Below, piece after piece: positions 51,102 through 64,000 of a stretch of DNA of 64,000 nt (the stretch's first letter is position 1; every line of letters starts with the position of its first letter). Origin of the DNA: Octopus sinensis. Lineage: Eukaryota. The position numbers and the translations under genes are program-made. Below the pieces are notes generated by a model that saw nothing but the letters and a program-made list of their open reading frames with translations, was not told the origin of the DNA and did not search any database. The stretch is from positions 61,876,001-61,940,000 of the forward strand of contig NC_043008.1 in the NCBI RefSeq assembly GCF_006345805.1. Direction: 5' to 3'.

Positions 51102-51574
51102 GTATATATATATGCATCTATGTCTCTATGTATATAATTCCATTTAGAAATAGAACATTGGAGGCAGCAATTCAAATGCGTTTGTGCTGGTAGGGATTTA
51201 GTCGATAATAAATATCAAAGTATTTAACGTTGGTACGTTCAAATATTGGTAAAAATGCGAATAGCTAAATTACCGATGCTATCTACCGCTGCTATTAAAC
51301 GATCCAGCCCGTTGCACAATTTTACACCGTTGTACCGAGACACAGGAAAATATACATTGCACCCTTGTACATATACACTCACCTATATGCATATATATTA
51401 CATATATTACATACAGCTATATATATATATACGTATGTGCTTGTTTGTTTGTGTGTGTGTGTGTGTGTGTTTGTGTGTGCATGTATTTATACATGCAAAA
51501 ATACCATGCTGTGGAAAATGTGATTTCATGCAAGTATCTAAGAAATTACACTGAGCTAATTTAGTTGCACTATA

Positions 51575-52135
51575 CTTTCTGCTATGCTGCGTGAGCGAAG
51601 ATTTACGAAGGGGTATTTCAACGTCTGTTGTACTCTCACTTATGCCGTTCGAATACGATTTGAAGCATACAGGCACGACTGCAGATGTTTCATGAAATGT
51701 CAGGGTGATTGAGGAACTGGATGTTGTGTCCTTTTCTTTCTTCTTTGTTCCCTTTTGTGCAAGGAAGATTTTGTGGGTGTCTCCAAAAGGAAGCTGTTGC
51801 CCGGAGGATAAGAAGACACTAGGTTTTACGATTAACACAGGAAGAAAACACTGGCGGTAATTAGTGTGACCGACCGAGGTATTTCTTTGGGGAATTTGCT
51901 TAACTCTTATTTTGTGCTTCTTTTATCACAATGACCAGAAGAGAGTTCATCAAGCAGTGTGATTTTGGGAAGTCGATGGTCTTCCAGCCTGGTAACGTGT
52001 CGTGCCCAGCATAGGTGTGTCTTCAGCAGAGTTACTTGGTACCTTCGCCTGCTCTGAGAGCTCAATGTTAGTGTAGAGTTCCCTCCAAGAGATTATGAGG
52101 ATGATGCGAAGGCAGCATTAATGGAATCACTCAAG
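51575..52135 (-). pseudogene. RTE/BovB-like LINE 3' end
   Basis: LE*FH*CCLRIILIISWRELYTNIELSEQAKVPS / LCWARHVTRLEDHRLPKITLLDELSSG...KREQRRKKR...NRI matches the RTE ORF C-terminus (LERFHQRCLR.IL.I.W...LRWAGHV.RM.D.RLPK..L.GEL..G); 3' UTR ..TAAATCTTCGCTCACGCAGC. Confidence 0.85.
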
Positions 52136-52639
52136 GAGGGTTAAAAGATGCATGTGTTTGCGACTAAATAATCTCTTCGTTTTATATAATCTCATGAGGT
52201 ATAAAATGCAAAAATCTCAGATTGAAGAAGTAAAAATTATACCTTAATGTTTAGCAGCACAGTGTATCAGAAAAGAATAAAATATGGCAGAAATGGATTA
52301 CCATGTTATTCTTAAAGAATACTGAAATATCGTCAACATTTTAAATATAAACTGAACAAACGCCAATCCCAGTATCGAAAGAAACACTCAAATTCACTGA
52401 GAGTGTGACAAAGGTTTCCTTCCTCTGCAAGCGTGTATATAACTATTTAAAGATAGAGATGCTGGAAAAAATTTCCCGGTTTTGCAATATAAAAAACAAA
52501 ATCATAATCTCTGTAGTTTTTCTCTTTCTCTAATAAAAGAATTTGTTTACATTTTCTCGTTCCTCTATATAATTTTGATATTTCCGTTAATTTAAATTTT
52601 CGTTTTGCAAAATGAAATAAATGGTTGCTTTGCGAACGC

Positions 52640-52735
52640 TGTAAATAATGATAATAACAATAGTAATGATAATAACAATAGTAATTATAATAATAATATA
52701 ATAATAATAATAATAATAATATAATAATAATAATA

Positions 52736-52795
<60 letters not shown>

Positions 52796-52835
52796 AAGAA
52801 GAAGAAGAAGAAGAAGAAGAAGAAGAAGAAGAAGA
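52640..52835. repeat. (AAT)n/(AGA)n microsatellite
   Basis: Direct inspection. Confidence 0.95.
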
Positions 52836-53184
52836 ATCATAAAGGGTATCCTTGAAATGACAAATTAATTGGCAAAAATGAAAACACGAAATGCGAGCGG
52901 AAACAACGAAACGGAAAATTAATTTTGGGGCATTCGTGCTCAGCATGCAAATGGCTTTCGCACTTTGATTTCTCACATCATGAATTGTAATGAATCCGTA
53001 CTAGAAAATAATGAACAATATCTAAATTTTTAATTTTGTAAATTATCTGAATAATGAACAATACCTAATTATAATGTTTTTTTGTCTGTTGCAACCTGCT
53101 ATGAATCGGTAAGTGCAACGAAGAAAGGAGAAACAAAATGCACTTTGTGCGATTCAAATGATGATGATGATGATGATAACAATG

Positions 53185-53244
<60 letters not shown>

Positions 53245-53245
53245 T

Positions 53246-53969
53246 CCTCTGCTGACACCAAACGAATACAAAAATCACCACGATAAGGGAGGAGAGTATT
53301 TATATTGGAAAATACGTAAACACTACAAAATTAGTACCCTTGCTTACTGGTATGAACATCATCCTGAGCCAGTAGTTGAAGGTAAAAATCTCACTAACCT
53401 CTGGAATTTTACTGTCAGCAACGACAGAATGATCCAGGCTAATCGACCAGATACTGTCATTAAAGACAGGGAAGGAATTACTTGTACACAAATAAATGTA
53501 AGTGTTCCCACTGATAAAAATATATCTGTAAAGGAATTTGACAAATGAAGTAAACATAAGTATCTGGAAATTGAAATTCAAAAGATGCGGCATTTTAAAT
53601 CGAAATTGTTCCTGTTATTTTGGGTGCCCTAGATATGATAAAAAAAAGGGGATGTTAGAAATATCTGAATAATATTCCAGGCGAACAATGTCTCGGTGAA
53701 ATCCAAAAGATTGTGCTCACAAGAACTGCCCACATCCTTATAAAAACCCTATTGATTTCAATGTCTGTGTTATAGTACACGTAGATATTCCGTTACAGCT
53801 CCTGCCACTCCCCACCAAGGTTTTCAGGCTTATTGTAACATTGCTTATCCTGACGCTCGGTGTCTCTCTGCAAGTGATTGTAACAAGCAAGCAGATTAAA
53901 AGTAAATAAAAATAAAAAATAAAAAAATAAAATAAATAAATAATAATAATAACAACAACAACAACAATA

Positions 53970-54022
<53 letters not shown>

Positions 54023-54050
54023 TAATAATAATAATAATAATAATAATTAT
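53246..54050 (+). pseudogene. R4/Dong-like LINE, 5'-truncated (REL domain, 3' UTR, (AAT)n tail)
   Basis: PLLTPNEYKNHHDKGGEYLYWKIRKHY...WYEHHPEPVVEGKNLTNLWNFTVSNDRMIQANRPDTVIKDREGITCTQINVSVPTDKNISVKEFDK*SKHKYLEIEIQKMRHFK / IVPVILGALDMIKK / KYLNNIPGEQCLGEIQKIVLTRTAHILIKTL; AAT arrays on both sides. Confidence 0.92.
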
Positions 54051-54658
54051 AAACGAAAGAGAAAATGTGTAGTAGTTTTAGTTTTATTGGATATAATTCA
54101 TTGCTTTCACAATGTAAATATCGAATTATCAACTCCTACAACATCAATGGTGAAAAGCCTGCAAAATTAAGACAATAGAGGTGATTTTTAACGTATTTTT
54201 TACAGTCGAAGAGATGAAGAATTTGTCATATAAAGAATAGCAAAGGAGATTGCGTGAATGAAAAAGTGTTGTACGGTATCATTTCAATCAAGTTACGCTT
54301 TCTTGTTTTTCTATCTTTTTTTTTTATCTTAGATTAAAAACGATTCTACAACATAGTTGGCGTTCGAATTAAAATACTTTCACCAACTAGATTTCTATAA
54401 TTGTATTGAATACTTTTAATCGCTTAGGCATCTCAGTTAACAAACAGTTGACACCTGGTACCGACTTGATAAAAGTGGCTTTAACTTGTAGTGTTTGTAT
54501 TTAAATACATATTTCTGTGTAAATATTCGTGTGCGTGCATATAAGTATATATATATGTATAAATCAGTGCTTGTCTATGTTTCTCTCTCTCTGCCTATTT
54601 ATCTACGAATACATCTGTATCTGCTTACCTACCTATCATAATTTCTCTCTCTTCCTCT

Positions 54659-54693
<35 letters not shown>

Positions 54694-54695
<2 letters not shown>

Positions 54696-54794
54696 TCTTT
54701 ACTACCCACAAAGGGCTAAACATAGAGGGGACAAACAAGGACAGACAGACGAATTAAGTCGATTACATCGACCCCAGTGCGTAACTGGTACTTA
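54694..54794 (-). mobile_element. SINE family B, 3' end (tail variant 1) within (TA)n
   Basis: TTTCTTTACTACCCACAAAGGGCTAAACATAGAGGGGACAAACAAGGACAGAC...AAGTCGATTACATCGACCCCAGTGCGTAACTGGTACTTA. Confidence 0.88.
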
Positions 54795-55294
54795 TATATA
54801 TATATATATATATATATGCTCCCACACACACATGTTGATCTATAGAAACAGGTATTTATGAATATTAGTCGATTTTCAAGAAAAATTGTTTGTGTGTTCG
54901 TGTATTAGCATATCTAATATAAATGAATCTACAGTTTGAAACATTTCTACCAGAATTTAAACATTTAAACAGTTATTATTACATTTGTCATTTAGTTCAC
55001 AGACAGAAATGTAGAGGAGCTTATCATGAGGTATTTTTAGTGTTTGTTGTGCAATCCTAGGAGAAGGATAATCAATAGTTTTCTCTGTACGAAGGGAATA
55101 ACAGGCCGTATTGACATGTGTTTAAATATTCTCGCTGTCGAAAGGCCAACAATATTTTAACTACATTCAATTTATCATATGTATTCTAATATACGCAATG
55201 TTGTGCACAAACATTTATAATTTAAACACGCTATCGATAAATATACAGGCAAATTACTCTAGCCACTGGAATGCTGTGTTCTATATAATATGTA

Positions 55295-55329
<35 letters not shown>

Positions 55330-55514
55330 TATATATAATATATATATATATTATATATATATATATGAAAAAGGGACATTAGTTATCAGTCTGTATATAT
55401 GAATAGCGTGTGTGTGTGTGTCTCGCTCTGTGTGTAATTACAATTTAAGGGATGTGGTGATGCTTCTCGCACTGTGATATAAACCATGTATATATATATA
55501 TATATATATAATAT

Positions 55515-55556
<42 letters not shown>

Positions 55557-56694
55557 ATACGTATGTATATTCCATACTTTTTCTATTTATGTATGCATAG
55601 GCTTGCTTGTATATATGTGTATAGAATTTTAACGTGTTATTTATTAGCTCCCTCTTTAACATCTACCATTTAAGAATCCTATGAAACTTTTGATCTTTGT
55701 TCTGTATGTTATAGTAGTTTCAGATACATTAATCCATATATATATGTGAACCCGTGAGTATATACTAATCATTGAACACATACATGCACATATATGGCTA
55801 TACGTAAACACCTTTGTATACTTATTCGTTCAAACTTACATGCAACTCACACACTAAGACAGACTTGTGTGCTTGTGTACAATAATTATAAACGTATATC
55901 TGAAGCGATGCAACATAATTTTTTTCTTAGGAAAACCAAACATAAGAAGGCAGGATTTGGCGCCAATCCGGCATCACCTAAGTTCAAACATTTGAGCAAA
56001 GTCGACCCCAACATCGAGACCAACTTCATGCAAGCATTAAATCATACTGGCAAAACGTCGCTACTCTAACTGAAACCTAACCTGATTTGTGGCACGGAGC
56101 AAAACAGACTACGCCGTCCGCTCAATAAAACATGTAGTAAATGTTCAAGAAGTATCCAGGCAAACAGTGTCCTCAACTTGTTCCATTCACCAAAAGATTT
56201 GCAAGGCACCGGCAGGCCCACAAGATGATAGATCGTTATCATTTGATATCTTAATATTCGTATCTTCAGTTTCGTTACCCACTCAAATGGAAAATGCCTT
56301 AAATAAGGCTAGTGTACTACAAATGATTTAATTATGAATTGATTAAATGCATAAAACTATCATATCAAAGGAGCTAAAAAAATTTATTCTGCAGAAACAC
56401 TTGTTGAAATGTAATACGATGAAAATCCTTTTCAATAAATAAACTTTGAATATGTATCACTCTCCAGTCTTCATTGTTTTATATTTAATAATATGTTCTG
56501 TATTTCTACATGAAATACATTGAAGCGAAATAAGGATTTGCCAAGAGAAAGGAGTATAATAGCATTGTTTATTCTAAATGATTCTAAATATTTCCTATAA
56601 TTCAATATTGTTAGTTAATGCTAAGAAGGTACCTTCCCGGTTTTAAAAATCTCTATTCCTTTGCATTATGTATATATGCGCGTGGGGGCATGTA

Positions 56695-57650
56695 TAAGTA
56701 GGTAGGTAGTAGGTAGGTAGGTACGTAGTGCTTTACACTAAATACGTGATTAAAATGTTGAAGTAACAAAAAACTGAAAATGCAACAGCCTGTAGAAATA
56801 AATGAAGCTCATGCATAATATTTTGCACAAATAAAATATATACACGCTATCAGAATCTCTGTAAATGAATTAATACACCAGATTCATTAGATTCTCATTA
56901 GGAACTGCGCACTTCATATATAACAAAATATACTAAATTACATATTTCCTTATGTTCAATAAATCCCAAGCCAGCAATCTACTGAATGAGTTTCATATCA
57001 GCAAATTTAATTTAGAAATTTAAATGCCAACGCGGAACTTTTAATCATGACGGTATATTAACATATGTCACGTTCAAATAAATGAGAAAACCTCGGTACG
57101 ATCGCTCTACTTGCAACTAACATCAATAATACCTGTTCTAAAATAATATATACAGTCTTACAGTATGGGAAAATATCACTAATGAATGCTAGATACAGCA
57201 TGGCTAGAACGGCTAACTATTATTTGCCTGCTTGGCCAGAGTTGACTACGGTCTAAACAATAGTAACAACAAAGGCAAATTATTTTTTTCCAACATGTCA
57301 TATGCTGCAGTGTATATATTCATTCATTATTCATTTTATTATAAAGTGTTAGATTTCAGTTCTAGATTGAATGTTGTATTTATTGACAATATTTAACATA
57401 TATCAGCAATTCAAAATGGCAACCATTTTCTTTCCCCATAGCACTTACAACTTTCTCAAAGGAAGTGTGTATACATTTACCCAGTAAATAAAGAGTAAAT
57501 ATACGCAATATCGATACATTAATATGAATCCATATTTCACTGAAGATGTTAACATTTTGAGCATCCGTTACCTTAAAAGCTTTAATCATATAGTTAGTGT
57601 AAAGTACTACCTACAATCCTACCTACCAACCTACCTACCTACTTACCTAT
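56695..57650. mobile_element. probable old TIR element (degenerate inverted ends around about 950 bp)
   Basis: Left (GTAG)n-GTAGTGCTTTACACTAAATACGTGATTAAA; right, reverse-complemented, (GTAG)n-GTAGTACTTTACACTAACTATATGATTAAA, with patchy similarity for roughly 60 bp further in. Confidence 0.55.
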
Positions 57651-59723
57651 GAGGCAATTTCAGTAAAGATTACTATACTGCACATAAACAAAACTAAACC
57701 GAAAATGCTCAGTTACACTTCTGGTTCATATGAAACTACAAACTAAATTAGACATGATATTAATAGTGACATACCGAAAACCTTAGTTACATAGTTCAGT
57801 AGTAAATTCTCAACAGAAAATCAAGAAAATCTTTTTGTCATGGCAAATGGCAGCAGAATGAAAACAGCACACAGGACAATAATTGCCTATGCAGTGCATA
57901 CGTAAATATTACGTGCTTGGGCTCAATGATGCAATATTATCTCAACAGTGTGTGTTATATTCTTCTTAGGATATAATACATCCTGACAGTATTCAGTGCC
58001 ATGTTTTGTTCCAGTAGCATAATCCACTGATAAAAATTTACTATTATTGCGAACTGCTCACTCGATCATTTGTTACACATTATGCTATCTCTCGTACCAC
58101 TAAACTACACAGTTTTATCCCTGTTGCCTGCTAACAACGAATAGAAATGTAATACAGAGTTGTGCCTTCCTTGACAGGCTGCTTTATTGCAATCTTGGTT
58201 TAGAAATGTGCCATTGCTTTTGCTTAACTGTTATTTTGTTTTTCAAAACAAGAAGCGAAATGATATAGATATCTTTAAAATTCCTCATTTGTGAAGCTAA
58301 GTGTTTCTTTTTCCTTCTCAAGGGACGAAGGAAACCTAAATATTCTGCGTGACTGATGAAAAGGAAATAATGGGAAGTTAAAGGAAAGTAATTAATAAGG
58401 AGAGTAATTAATAAGGAAAGAACTTCCTCAATACACTCCACGGATATTCTAAAGCGAACATTTGTAAGGTAATAGAACCATGTACAAGTTGATATGAGCG
58501 AAATAAATAATGTATTTGCTTATGCTTGTCTAAGTTGCTTATAAACAAACACGCACAATTATTTGATCATAGTTACGTAGTTAGAGTGTGAGTACTTGTG
58601 TGTGTTTGGCCTGGGAATTTGACTAAACAAAGAAGGCCACAAATGACCCGCCCTCTTTTCCTATCCCTCTAATTGTTGTTTTTCCTGTCCGCCTTTGTAT
58701 CGTCTATTTGCCCGAATGTTTTATTGTTCTCTATTGCGTTCTTGCTTCATTATATATATGTGTATATACAATACACAAATCAGTTCCTTTGCAGTAGTGA
58801 TTGACTAATGTTTACTGCAATATATTTATCATAACATAAAAGCGTTCATAGACGTCAATTGGCTACACACACTTCAAATTACCTGGCGTATCAAATTGCA
58901 CCTGTGTTTTTGTTTCCTTGCCAAGGGTCCCCATCAGTTTTTAAAATCTAATTTTGCAGTCTCCAACACTTCTAATACATTGAACCGGTTGTATTTTACC
59001 TTGTCACGCCTTACGAACTCAGATCGATATTCTATTAAATATTGTAACTGTCAACCTTGTCATGTATCTGTCATTGTTAATAACAGATTTCCACGAAAAT
59101 AATACACTCGTTTCATTTCAAAATACTATTAACTCACTTATATACCACCCGATGTTTCAAAGCTGGCATTACACTATTCAAGCGACCAAACACCGCAAAA
59201 CTGTTTTGTAGCTCCTATCTTAACCTAATCACTTCTAGTAATACCTAGAAACCACTTACTATTTGATCTCAAAGTCTCTCCCTATATTTCATATCAGAAC
59301 TACTGGCGAACTTTCATGATGAAAATATACAATTATTTACAACCAAAGTGCATCATTAAGGGAGTAAATAACTTGCCCATTCTGAACAAATGACATATCT
59401 CTGATTAGCTGCTATGATATGTCATGTTTCAGAATTGATTAGATCATTCCTTACAAATCAGTTTCAGCCCCACTGCAATTCTTACTGTTCCTGGTCTCTG
59501 CACTTCGGGTTCAAACCAAGTCATTCGCATCTTCCGTGTTGATAAGTAAAGTTTCAGGTTAGTTTTGGGAACAATTCTCATATCCCTCTTCTCACTAAGC
59601 TGTATCCGTGATCCCAAAGTTCAGCTGCACACTGCCTCATGTTGATTAGATCGTGGTAAATGTTTCTTGAAAACTCAGTCTTCTATACTTTGATTATAGA
59701 AATACAAATAAGTTGGTTGTAGA

Positions 59724-60121
59724 AGGCGTAGGAGTGGCTGTGTGGTAAGTAGTTTGCTTACCAACCACATGGTTCCGGATTCAGTCCCACTGCATGGCAC
59801 CTTGGGCAAGTGTCTTCTACTATAGCCTCGGGCCGACCAAAGCCTTGTGAGTGGATTTGGTAGACGGAAACTGAAAATAAGCCAGTCGTATATATGTATA
59901 TATATGTATATATATGTGTGTATCTGTGTTTGTCCCTGCAACATCGCTTGACAACCAATGCTGGTGTGTTTACGTCCCCGTAACTTAGCTATTCGGCAAA
60001 AGAGACAGATAGAATAAGTACTAGGCTTACAAACAATATGTCCTGGGGTCGATTTGCTCGACTAAAGGCGGTGCTCCAGCATGGCCACAGTCACATGACT
60101 GAAACAAGTAGTAGAGTAAAA
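59724..60121 (+). mobile_element. tRNA-derived SINE, family A (full length)
   Basis: AGGCGTAGGAGTGGCTGTGTGGTAAG through CCAGCATGGCCACAGTCACATGACTGAAACAAGTAGTAGAGTAAA. Confidence 0.92.
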
Positions 60122-60329
60122 AGTATAACTGTATACCCATTGTCGAGAGTAAGAATCCAAACATTAATTTGGATAGTCATTAATTCAACCAACTATTCAG
60201 GGATTACACAAGGAAAATTTTTCAGCAGTTGTTCCTACCCGGGGAATAGACTATACAACCCTTGAAGTTATGATCTTACATACTTATTTTGGTTTACTTT
60301 ATACTCAAACTGGTTACGTACCCTATTAT

Positions 60330-60625
60330 TACTCCAGTTTTTATCTGTTGCTTATTTTATCGACTTCCAAATGGCGAGAGTCGAACTCGGTGACGTTTGG
60401 ATTCAGAACATCAAAAGATAGAAGAAATGCAGCCTGGTATTTTGACCGATATCAATAGTAACTCTTTCTACTTTTGGGTCAAGGCCAGCACATTTTAGGA
60501 GAAGAGCAAGACAATTACATCGACCTACATGTGCAAATGATATTTGAATTGAACACGTAAAGAGCCAGAAGAAATGCCGGAACAGCTTTTTGTCCGGCGC
60601 GTTGGTGATTCTGCCAGTTCGATTC
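60330..60625 (-). mobile_element. degenerate tandem SINE B remnants
   Basis: CTTATTTTATCGAC..GAGTCGAACTCGG..GGATTCAGAAC; TCTTTCTACTTTTGGGTCAAGGCCAG; GATTCTGCCAGTTCG. Confidence 0.55.
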
Positions 60626-61284
60626 CTGAATGATAATAATGACGAAAAAAGTGAAGGTCTGTGATTCTTCTGATTCCCTTTGTAAATCGTACATATTTAA
60701 CAGTATTTATTTTTAGTGGCAAATTAGAGAATAGAGGAGCATTCGAAACAAAGACAATGTTGATGCATGGATAGGAACTACTAACGTTGGAACTTGTTAT
60801 CCAGTGTCAAGTTCCTATAGTCGTTTAAGATTCCCGATACAAAAAAATAATTTGAAATAAAATAAAGTACATCTTGTCTCATAGCATTTTGTCTTCATTG
60901 ATCATAAAAAAAATATTATTTGACTTTTAAAATCTTTTATGTATTTGCAAGATTTAAAAACAGAGACGTAAAAGCAAGCGCTAAATAGCATCATTACATA
61001 TCACAGCATAATATAAATCAGAGCAAAAATCAATAGTGTAAACTATATGGTGGTATACATGTTTTCATGCGTGTTTCTGTGTGTGTGTGTGTGTGTGTAT
61101 GTGTGTGGTTTCTTCTCTGTCCTTGGCTGCATCTTTCTACCAGAATAAACACTTACAGAATTATATTCCGTCAGATGGTTTGTAACCTAATCATTACAAG
61201 TTAAAATATCAATTCTTCAATCTGATTGAAGTTAATATGTTTTTGTATCATATATATATATATATATATATATACATAATACAC

Positions 61285-61321
<37 letters not shown>

Positions 61322-61347
61322 ATATATAATATATATAATATATATAT

Positions 61348-61382
<35 letters not shown>

Positions 61383-62597
61383 TCACACACACATATATAT
61401 ATATATACACATACATATATATATGTATATATATATATGAGACATATATGTGGATATATTATTTTGTCTCATTTTGCTTTTTCTTTCAGGTATTGTAAGT
61501 TCCTGATTTTGTTTTTTCTTTATATATGGATATATTTGGAGAGCGAATACCATAGTTTTGAATAACTATAAATAACACTGGCAATACGTTTCGCCTTTAA
61601 GGTTTTTCTGCTTGATTTAATTTTTTTTATAATAAAGTCGTCTTACTTATTGTTTGATCATCATCACCTTCCACATCCTCCACATCATCATTATTATCAT
61701 CATCATCGACGTCGCCGTCATAATCATTTTATGTATCATCTTTTGCATTGAATTTATTCTTAACGTCTATACAAAACTAATTTTCACTGGGAAGAAAACC
61801 AGCTTGATAATTTTACTTGAAAATACATATTTTATTTATATTTTCGTTTTTGTTCTTAGAGCAGATTTATTTGATTTCTTTTTGAAATTTTATATTTGAA
61901 TTTTTTCACTTCTTTTTCAAACTATTCCTTTAGTATTTTTTGAAATCCTTATTATTTTTGTTCAGTGAGAGAAGAAAAACAATTTTTAGAAAAGTATTAA
62001 TATTTGTTTAAAAAATTCTTTGCACTTTATTTATTACAAACACTATGGAAAATGTCATCAACCACTCCTTGAACATTACCAAATGCTTTTACACATTTTC
62101 TTCTTTTCGAAGAAGCAAATGGAAAATTTGTATTTCAGTAATGACTTCTTGAATAATTTATCCGTTAATGCATAACTTGGACTATAATATTCTAACAAGA
62201 TTGTTAATTTTCATTGAAAATCTTTAAATATTTAAATCCAAATGGCTTTCTTTATTAATTTTCTTGTTAAAACTCCCTGTATTGTAAAAGTTTCCTGAAA
62301 AAGACTAATGAATCACTTATAAAGAAGGTTTAAATATTAGGATAGAAAAGTGTGGAAAACTAATTTTTTACGGATTAACTCAACATACTGCGTAAATCCA
62401 CGAATTCTGTTACCGTCCAATGACCCTGAGCTTATAAGATGCGTATAGTCGATTTAATCCACAGATCTTGATAGGTATCATATTTTATTGACAGCAGAGG
62501 AATCAATGATAATGTTCAGGTCAATCTTCAACTCAAAACATTAAAATGATTAAACAGATTCCCCAATAATTATCTCAGAAAGGTTTTTGATTGAGTT

Positions 62598-62756
62598 CAG
62601 TAGTAGTAGTAGTAGTTGTAGTAGTAGCAGCAGTAGCAGCAGTAGTAGTAGTAGTAGTTGTAGTAGTAGTAGTAGTAGTAGCAGCAGCGGTGGCAGCAGG
62701 AGAAGCAGCAGTAGCAGAAGCAGCAGAGCAGCAGCGGCAGTAGCAGTAGCAGTACC

Positions 62757-62802
<46 letters not shown>

Positions 62803-62835
62803 GTATTAGTAGTAGTAGTAGTAGTAGTAGTAGTT
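62598..62835. repeat. (AGT/AGC)n trinucleotide repeat
   Basis: Direct inspection; source of the poly-S/V ORF. Confidence 0.95.
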
Positions 62836-64000
62836 ATTCTTGTACCACATTCCTGGTACTAGGATCTTTTGATTACTTCAGGCCTCCGGTTACACTGAAG
62901 TTAAGTTTCAAAATATCATCTCTTCTATATTCTTTTCTAGACAACACGTATAAATGTTTCTAATTTAAAATCCATAATCCGAGATATCCGTTGTGAGTCT
63001 TCATTGGCAATAAGAAATCCTCATATACATATTTACCAGATGAGGAATATACATTTACCTATTATTTAAGCTTAAAAGTTTGTTCATTACTCAAACGCAA
63101 AGTGAAACGTTATTATTCGCAAGATATCCCTAATATTCTTCTGTTTTATTGCTTACCTTTAATTAAACAGTTATATGAAGATTAAGGCTTATGGTGAAGG
63201 CATAGGGTGGCCATTATGAATTGCAAATGTGAATAAAATATTGTCAGTAAATATAACTAACTACCAGTTTCATTAAACAAAGCCTAAAACTATTTTATTA
63301 TTTTTATGATAAAATGAATAATGGGTACATGTATATGACGCAACCGGTATGATATATTTATATTTATTACAATTTTTAACAAACATAAAATTATATGAAA
63401 TATATTTGTACTGAAATATTTCTGTCTTCTTTAACTTACATGAACTGATTGTTGGCTAACCATATGTTCTTTCCAGACATTATATAACTCGCGTCTCAAA
63501 GACAGAGCAGAAGTTAAAACACCTGCTCCGATGCAGAGCGTGTGTTAGACTAATAACATCTACTGCAAAAGCCATCTATAAAAGTGAAAAGTTATCACAC
63601 ACTAACTCATGGCATTCTCTAATACACTGTCTTGCTTTATATATTTTTCTGACCTTTCTGTCGTTTTTGAAAAGCTCTTGTTTCTCTCAACAAACGTGCT
63701 ATATATTTCTCTCTCGTTCATGCTACTTCACTCAAGAAAATGAAGGAGTCTTAAAACCTCCTTCATAAACATTGTGTCCTGCAGGACTCTACAAACTATA
63801 AATATTGTTATTAAAGGTATTGTTTTCCTCAACTGCTGAAGCTGAATAACAATGAGGTTTACCATACTAATCTTGGCTGCTCAGTAAAACCGAACAAGCG
63901 TGTAACCATGGCCATCGGGTTAAGAAGTTTATTTCACAATTACCTGGCTTCGAAATCGATACTGCTGATCGATACACCAGATCACTGCCTTCTATTATAG

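Noticed and set aside
53110-53160. KGETKCTLCDSN as the CCHC knuckle of the adjacent R4-like LINE
   Set aside because: It is plausible in position but separated by the AAT array, with no further conserved residues. It cannot be distinguished from chance. If real, the array expanded inside the element, weakening the targeting argument for this copy.

Overview
This is very AT-rich eukaryotic DNA, almost entirely non-coding (intronic or intergenic), with dense microsatellites and decayed transposons. The two dominant tRNA-derived SINE families look like the repeats I associate with octopus (coleoid cephalopod) genomes; that assignment is recollection and inference, not a database result. Most ORFs in the supplied track are translations of (TA)n, (CA)n, (AAT)n or (GATA)n tracts. 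I found no rRNA, genuine tRNA, CRISPR array or intact autonomous element. Recognisable protein relics, all pseudogenised: three R4/Dong-like REL-endonuclease LINE fragments, an RTE/BovB-like LINE 3' end, a CR1/L2-group LINE 3' end, three Penelope-like (PLE) fragments (RT core; thumb to GIY-YIG; EN tail), a Helitron PIF1 helicase, a mariner transposase and a Chapaev3-like transposase. There is also a complete 368-bp non-autonomous Helitron and a piggyBac MITE nested in a mariner MITE. A few splice-bounded open segments hint at a host gene, but I cannot name it or fix its strand. I cannot demonstrate a new biological system. The best leads are: a 682-bp near-perfect palindrome next to a PLE endonuclease; a 35-bp-stem pri-miRNA-like hairpin at 31.3 kb; two SINE tails that match neighbouring LINE-type 3' ends; retroelements apparently inserted into (AAT)n and (GATA)n arrays; hammerhead-ribozyme half-sites, one in a 137-bp tandem duplication; and a 168-bp candidate exon whose only interruption is a TAG that A-to-I editing could convert to Trp (speculative). 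All alignments and counts were done by eye.
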